From Candidatus Cohnella colombiensis (lineage in GTDB: Bacteria; Bacillota; Bacilli; Paenibacillales; Paenibacillaceae), in assembly GCA_029203125.1 (NCBI GenBank), contig CP119317.1, positions 1,704,261 through 1,768,260 of the forward strand: a stretch of DNA of 64,000 bases, in the 5' to 3' direction. This document shows positions 61,178 to 64,000 of this stretch, in pieces; within the stretch, counting starts at the first letter, position 1; each line of letters begins with the position of its first letter. Made by a program: the position numbers and the translations under genes. The notes beneath the pieces are model-generated. The model was not told the DNA's origin, searched no databases, and saw nothing but the letters and a program-made list of their open reading frames with translations.

Positions 61178-62401
61178 TCATCTGTATATCCCGGCATCGC
61201 TCGATAAAGAAAATAAGAACAAATCTTGAAGCAGAATCGAACCGGCGCCAACAAGTTCCGTATCTTCACCGAGAGTTGTCGGATAAATCTTTAGATTTTC
61301 AATAAAAACAGTAAGCGCGTGTTTTCTGACATAAGAATCAATTTTTTGAATAAGTACTTCATTGTCTTGACCGATACTTCCACCGATAATGATTAACTCT
61401 GGGTTAAATAGATGAATTAAATTGACTATACCCACTGATAAATAGTCTGCGACCTCTGTCATAATGTCAGTTGCTAATGAATCGCCTTTCATTACTGCAT
61501 TTCGAAATACTGCAGGTGTGATTAAAGCAATATTATTTTGAACTGCATCTGCCATTTCGGTTGAACGGCCTTTCGAAATCAAAGACACAATTCGAGAGTG
61601 GACCGCCGACCAACTTACATAATTTTCGAGGCAACCAATATTGCCGCAATCACATCTTATACCATCTCGATCAATGCTCGTATGACCAAATTCGCCGGCA
61701 TCACCTCGACCGCCCCGAAAAATGGACTCATTCATAATAATACCTGCACCAACGCCCTCGCCAATCGTTACAAAAAGCAGATTGTTGTACATGTTGTATT
61801 TACCGAACTTCTTTTCAGCTAGTACAATTGCATTCGTATCATTTTCAACCCAGGTCGTTATCTTAAATCTTTCTTCAATCATTTCCTTAAGTCGTACATC
61901 TTTTAGATTAATATTTGTGTTTAGATGAATGATACCTTTCGATGTATCAACGATACCCGGAACAATTACTGAAATACCTTTACACTCTTTGTCTGTAGGA
62001 CACTTACAAATAAATTTTTCGAGTAAATTCAATAGGTGCGGAATAACCATTTGATTATCCAAATGATCAATATTGGAAATACTTTTCCTTCGAATAATGG
62101 CTTCCATATTCATTTCAGCAAAAGTGACGTTAGAGTTTGTGATGGATACTCCCAAAATATAGTGATTATCAGGAGAAAAGCGAAGCATGATTGGCTTACG
62201 CCCGCCTTTCGAATTGCCTGTACCAGCCTCGTATACAAATCTTTCTTTCATTAAGTCCGTTACTGCAGCCGCAACTGTCGATGGACTTATTCCATTACGT
62301 TCAGCAATTTCGCTTCGAGAAATCGGTCCATATTCACGGATCATATTGAGAATAATGGACCGATTCAATTCCTGAATTAACTTCAAGTCACCCGTTCTCA
62401 T
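61178..62401 (-). CDS. ROK-family transcriptional regulator (NagC/XylR-like)
   Basis: N-terminal wHTH (..NRSIILNMIREYGPISRSEIAERNGISPSTV..) plus a ROK domain with GHTSIDRDGIRCDCGNIGCLE. ATG 62401 is the assumed start. Confidence 0.85.
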   Translation of the reverse strand: MRTGDLKLIQELNRSIILNMIREYGPISRSEIAERNGISPSTVAAAVTDLMKERFVYEAGTGNSKGGRKPIMLRFSPDNHYILGVSITNSNVTFAEMNMEAIIRRKSISNIDHLDNQMVIPHLLNLLEKFICKCPTDKECKGISVIVPGIVDTSKGIIHLNTNINLKDVRLKEMIEERFKITTWVENDTNAIVLAEKKFGKYNMYNNLLFVTIGEGVGAGIIMNESIFRGGRGDAGEFGHTSIDRDGIRCDCGNIGCLENYVSWSAVHSRIVSLISKGRSTEMADAVQNNIALITPAVFRNAVMKGDSLATDIMTEVADYLSVGIVNLIHLFNPELIIIGGSIGQDNEVLIQKIDSYVRKHALTVFIENLKIYPTTLGEDTELVGAGSILLQDLFLFSLSSDAGIYR

Positions 62402-62438
62402 TTTAGAAATGATGTATCCAACCTCCCATCTATTTCTA

Positions 62439-63572
62439 TTATTTACCTTTAACTCTTCCGCGCATATCAAACCATACCGCTATAAGCAAGACAAGACCTT
62501 TAAGTATAAACTGTGCTGCAGATGGAATATTTAGAATGCTCATGCCGTTATTAAGACTGGCCATAATTAACGCGCCGATTACCGCTCCAAATACAGTGCC
62601 TTGTCCTCCACTAAAGCTTGCTCCACCGATAATTGCTGCAGATATAGCATCAAATTCAAACTGATTTCCTGCAGCTGGAGTCGCAGCATCCAATCGCGCA
62701 GTAAGTATAAGTCCAGATACTGCACTTAAAAGACCCAATAGCGCAAATACTTTCAATCCTTCTTTATTTATGTTGATCCCCGATAATCGCGCAGCCTCTG
62801 AATTGCCACCCATTGCATATAAACGTCTGCCGAATCTTGTATTTCTTGAGATGAAACTTACGACAATCATTATGGCTGCCATGATAATGACGGGAATCGG
62901 AATTCCTTCATAGTTGTTCATCGTGGACACTAGTAGAGCGCAAATTGCACAAACTGCGACTAATTTCAATCCAAACCAATTCGCTGATGTTACTTTCATA
63001 CCTTTAGAGGTTTTACCTCTTCTCTTCACAATTTCAAAAACCAAGTAAACTATGATACCGCCAGTAGCGATAATTGTGCTTGATTGCTGAGGTATATATC
63101 CATCTCCAATAAACTTAAAACTAGGATTCATTCCTGAAATCGTAGACCCACCAGTTATTAACAATGTCGCCCCTCTAAAGATGAGCATTGTTGCCAACGT
63201 AACGATGAAAGGTGGGATTTTTTGGAATGTCGAAAAATATCCGTTTACAACACCGACAATGATACCTGTTATTAGTAGAGCAATAATAGTTGGGACCGTC
63301 CCCATTTGCATCTGTGTTTGCATGACAGCCGCAATAGCACCAGAGACGGCCACAATTGACCCAACCGATAAGTCAATATGCCCTGCAACAATGACCAATA
63401 CCATGCCTATCGAGATAATTCCGATTGGAGTCATTTGCCTGAAGAGTAACGATATATTTCTTGATGTAAGAAAAGTGCCATCTGTTGCAATCTGCAAAGC
63501 TATCCAAATAGCAATTAAAGCGAAAACGATAATAAACGATCTCAAATTGATATTCTTTATTAGACTTCTCAT
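62439..63572 (-). CDS. sugar ABC transporter permease (XylH/MglC/RbsC type)
   Basis: About 10 TM helices with the typical ..FGRRLYAMGGN.EAARLSGI.. motif. ATG 63572 follows GGAGGGAG. Confidence 0.85.
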   Translation of the reverse strand: MRSLIKNINLRSFIIVFALIAIWIALQIATDGTFLTSRNISLLFRQMTPIGIISIGMVLVIVAGHIDLSVGSIVAVSGAIAAVMQTQMQMGTVPTIIALLITGIIVGVVNGYFSTFQKIPPFIVTLATMLIFRGATLLITGGSTISGMNPSFKFIGDGYIPQQSSTIIATGGIIVYLVFEIVKRRGKTSKGMKVTSANWFGLKLVAVCAICALLVSTMNNYEGIPIPVIIMAAIMIVVSFISRNTRFGRRLYAMGGNSEAARLSGININKEGLKVFALLGLLSAVSGLILTARLDAATPAAGNQFEFDAISAAIIGGASFSGGQGTVFGAVIGALIMASLNNGMSILNIPSAAQFILKGLVLLIAVWFDMRGRVKGK

Positions 63573-63573
63573 G

Positions 63574-64000
63574 TTAGTCACTCCCTCCGATTGCATAACT
63601 CATAATTTTTTCTTGGGTAGCTTCCTCATGCATAACTTCACCTGTAATTGTCCCATCACGCATGACCAATATTCGATCGCATATTCCCATCACTTCAGGA
63701 AGCTCAGAAGAAACGACGATTACGGCTACCCCATGTTCAACCAATCTGTTAATAATGTTATATATTTCGAATTTGGCACCTACATCGATTCCTCTTGTAG
63801 GTTCGTCTAAAATCAATATCTTTGGCTTGCGCATTAACCAACGCCCTATAATTACCTTCTGTTGATTTCCACCGCTCAAGCTCGTAATTTTGTGTTCTAT
63901 CGAACCGATTTTTATTTTGAGAGTATCTACAAACATATCACAGAGCAAATTCTCTTCTGACTCCTGAACCATGACCTTTCCAGGGATGTTGTCCAAATTT
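63574..64000 (-). CDS. sugar ABC transporter ATP-binding protein, C-terminal part only (the gene continues beyond the window)
   Basis: Second-NBD signature LSGGNQQKV and Walker B ILILDEPTRGIDVGA. The frame is open to the window edge. Confidence 0.85.
   Translation of the reverse strand, partial: NLDNIPGKVMVQESEENLLCDMFVDTLKIKIGSIEHKITSLSGGNQQKVIIGRWLMRKPKILILDEPTRGIDVGAKFEIYNIINRLVEHGVAVIVVSSELPEVMGICDRILVMRDGTITGEVMHEEATQEKIMSYAIGGSD

Noticed and set aside
63181-63810. 209-aa plus-strand ORF
   Set aside because: It is antisense to the well-supported sugar ABC permease and ATPase genes. Its composition is low-complexity (I/T/P-rich) and it has no RBS.
1-64000. Search for CRISPR arrays, tRNA, rRNA, riboswitch or T-box leaders
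   Set aside because: I saw no regularly spaced direct repeats, no tRNA-like T-arm/acceptor pattern and no rRNA. No long leader had a motif I could recognise. Absence by eye is not proof, so an Infernal/tRNAscan run would be decisive.

Overview
A 64-kb chromosomal window from what looks like an endospore-forming Bacillales genome. The taxon is an inference, based on a near-canonical cwlJ, a Bacillus-type tal, a murI/racE-type racemase and arsRBC; by eye it is Paenibacillaceae-like with moderate GC. I support about 70 protein genes and saw no rRNA, tRNA or CRISPR array.

Layout:
- 0-9.5 kb: housekeeping and miscellaneous genes (DinB, murI, polysaccharide deacetylase, rhomboid, FMN reductase, GNAT, rnz, UbiA-type prenyltransferase). 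This stretch includes an ORF-free 660-bp block of long hairpins at 3.07-3.73 kb.
- 9.7-13.4 kb: a nosD-L-Y-F copper-maturation-type cluster with no nosZ in the window.
- 13.5-17.3 kb: an FAD/Rieske fusion protein, an MFS transporter and a DUF2935 protein.
- 17.5-21.1 kb: an XpaC-like / vWA / TelA triad.
- 21.2-22.1 kb: a lone AT-rich tyrosine recombinase.
- 22.3-28.6 kb: a five-gene, translationally coupled type III PKS operon (PKS, methyltransferase, FAD oxidoreductase, KAS II, MMPL exporter), predicted to make a phenolic lipid or alkylquinone.
- 28.7-34.4 kb: a LysM low-complexity protein, a LysR regulator and zwf-tkt-tal.
- 34.5-39.7 kb: an ArsR / SRPBCC / UvrA-paralog operon with a duplicated operator, followed by an Fe-S DinG/XPD-like helicase.
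- 39.8-44.3 kb: TetR, YhgE/Pip, two tandem ABC ATPases and an ABC-2 permease.
- 44.4-47.4 kb: cwlJ, a conspicuously GC-rich DHFR-like gene next to an IS1595-type transposase remnant, a cupin protein and a membrane protein.
- 47.4-49.5 kb: arsRBC.
- 49.7-57.4 kb: a mosaic, AT-rich, decayed accessory segment bracketed by an intact ydeI-like gene and a deleted second copy.
- 58.2-64.0 kb: a minus-strand sugar cluster (ABC transporter, ROK regulator, two Gfo/Idh/MocA oxidoreductases, ROK kinase).

The two observations I rate highest both sit in the 49.7-57.4 kb segment. The first is a SoxR-like MerR regulator with a soxbox-like 19-bp-spacer promoter that drives a MerF/MerT-like CC-motif mini membrane protein. 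The second is a module of ArsR, a flavoprotein and an MFS transporter, in which both the regulator and the flavoprotein carry vicinal-cysteine tails and an ATCAA-N6-TTGAT operator occurs three times.

All family calls come from motif recognition by eye. No database search was possible.
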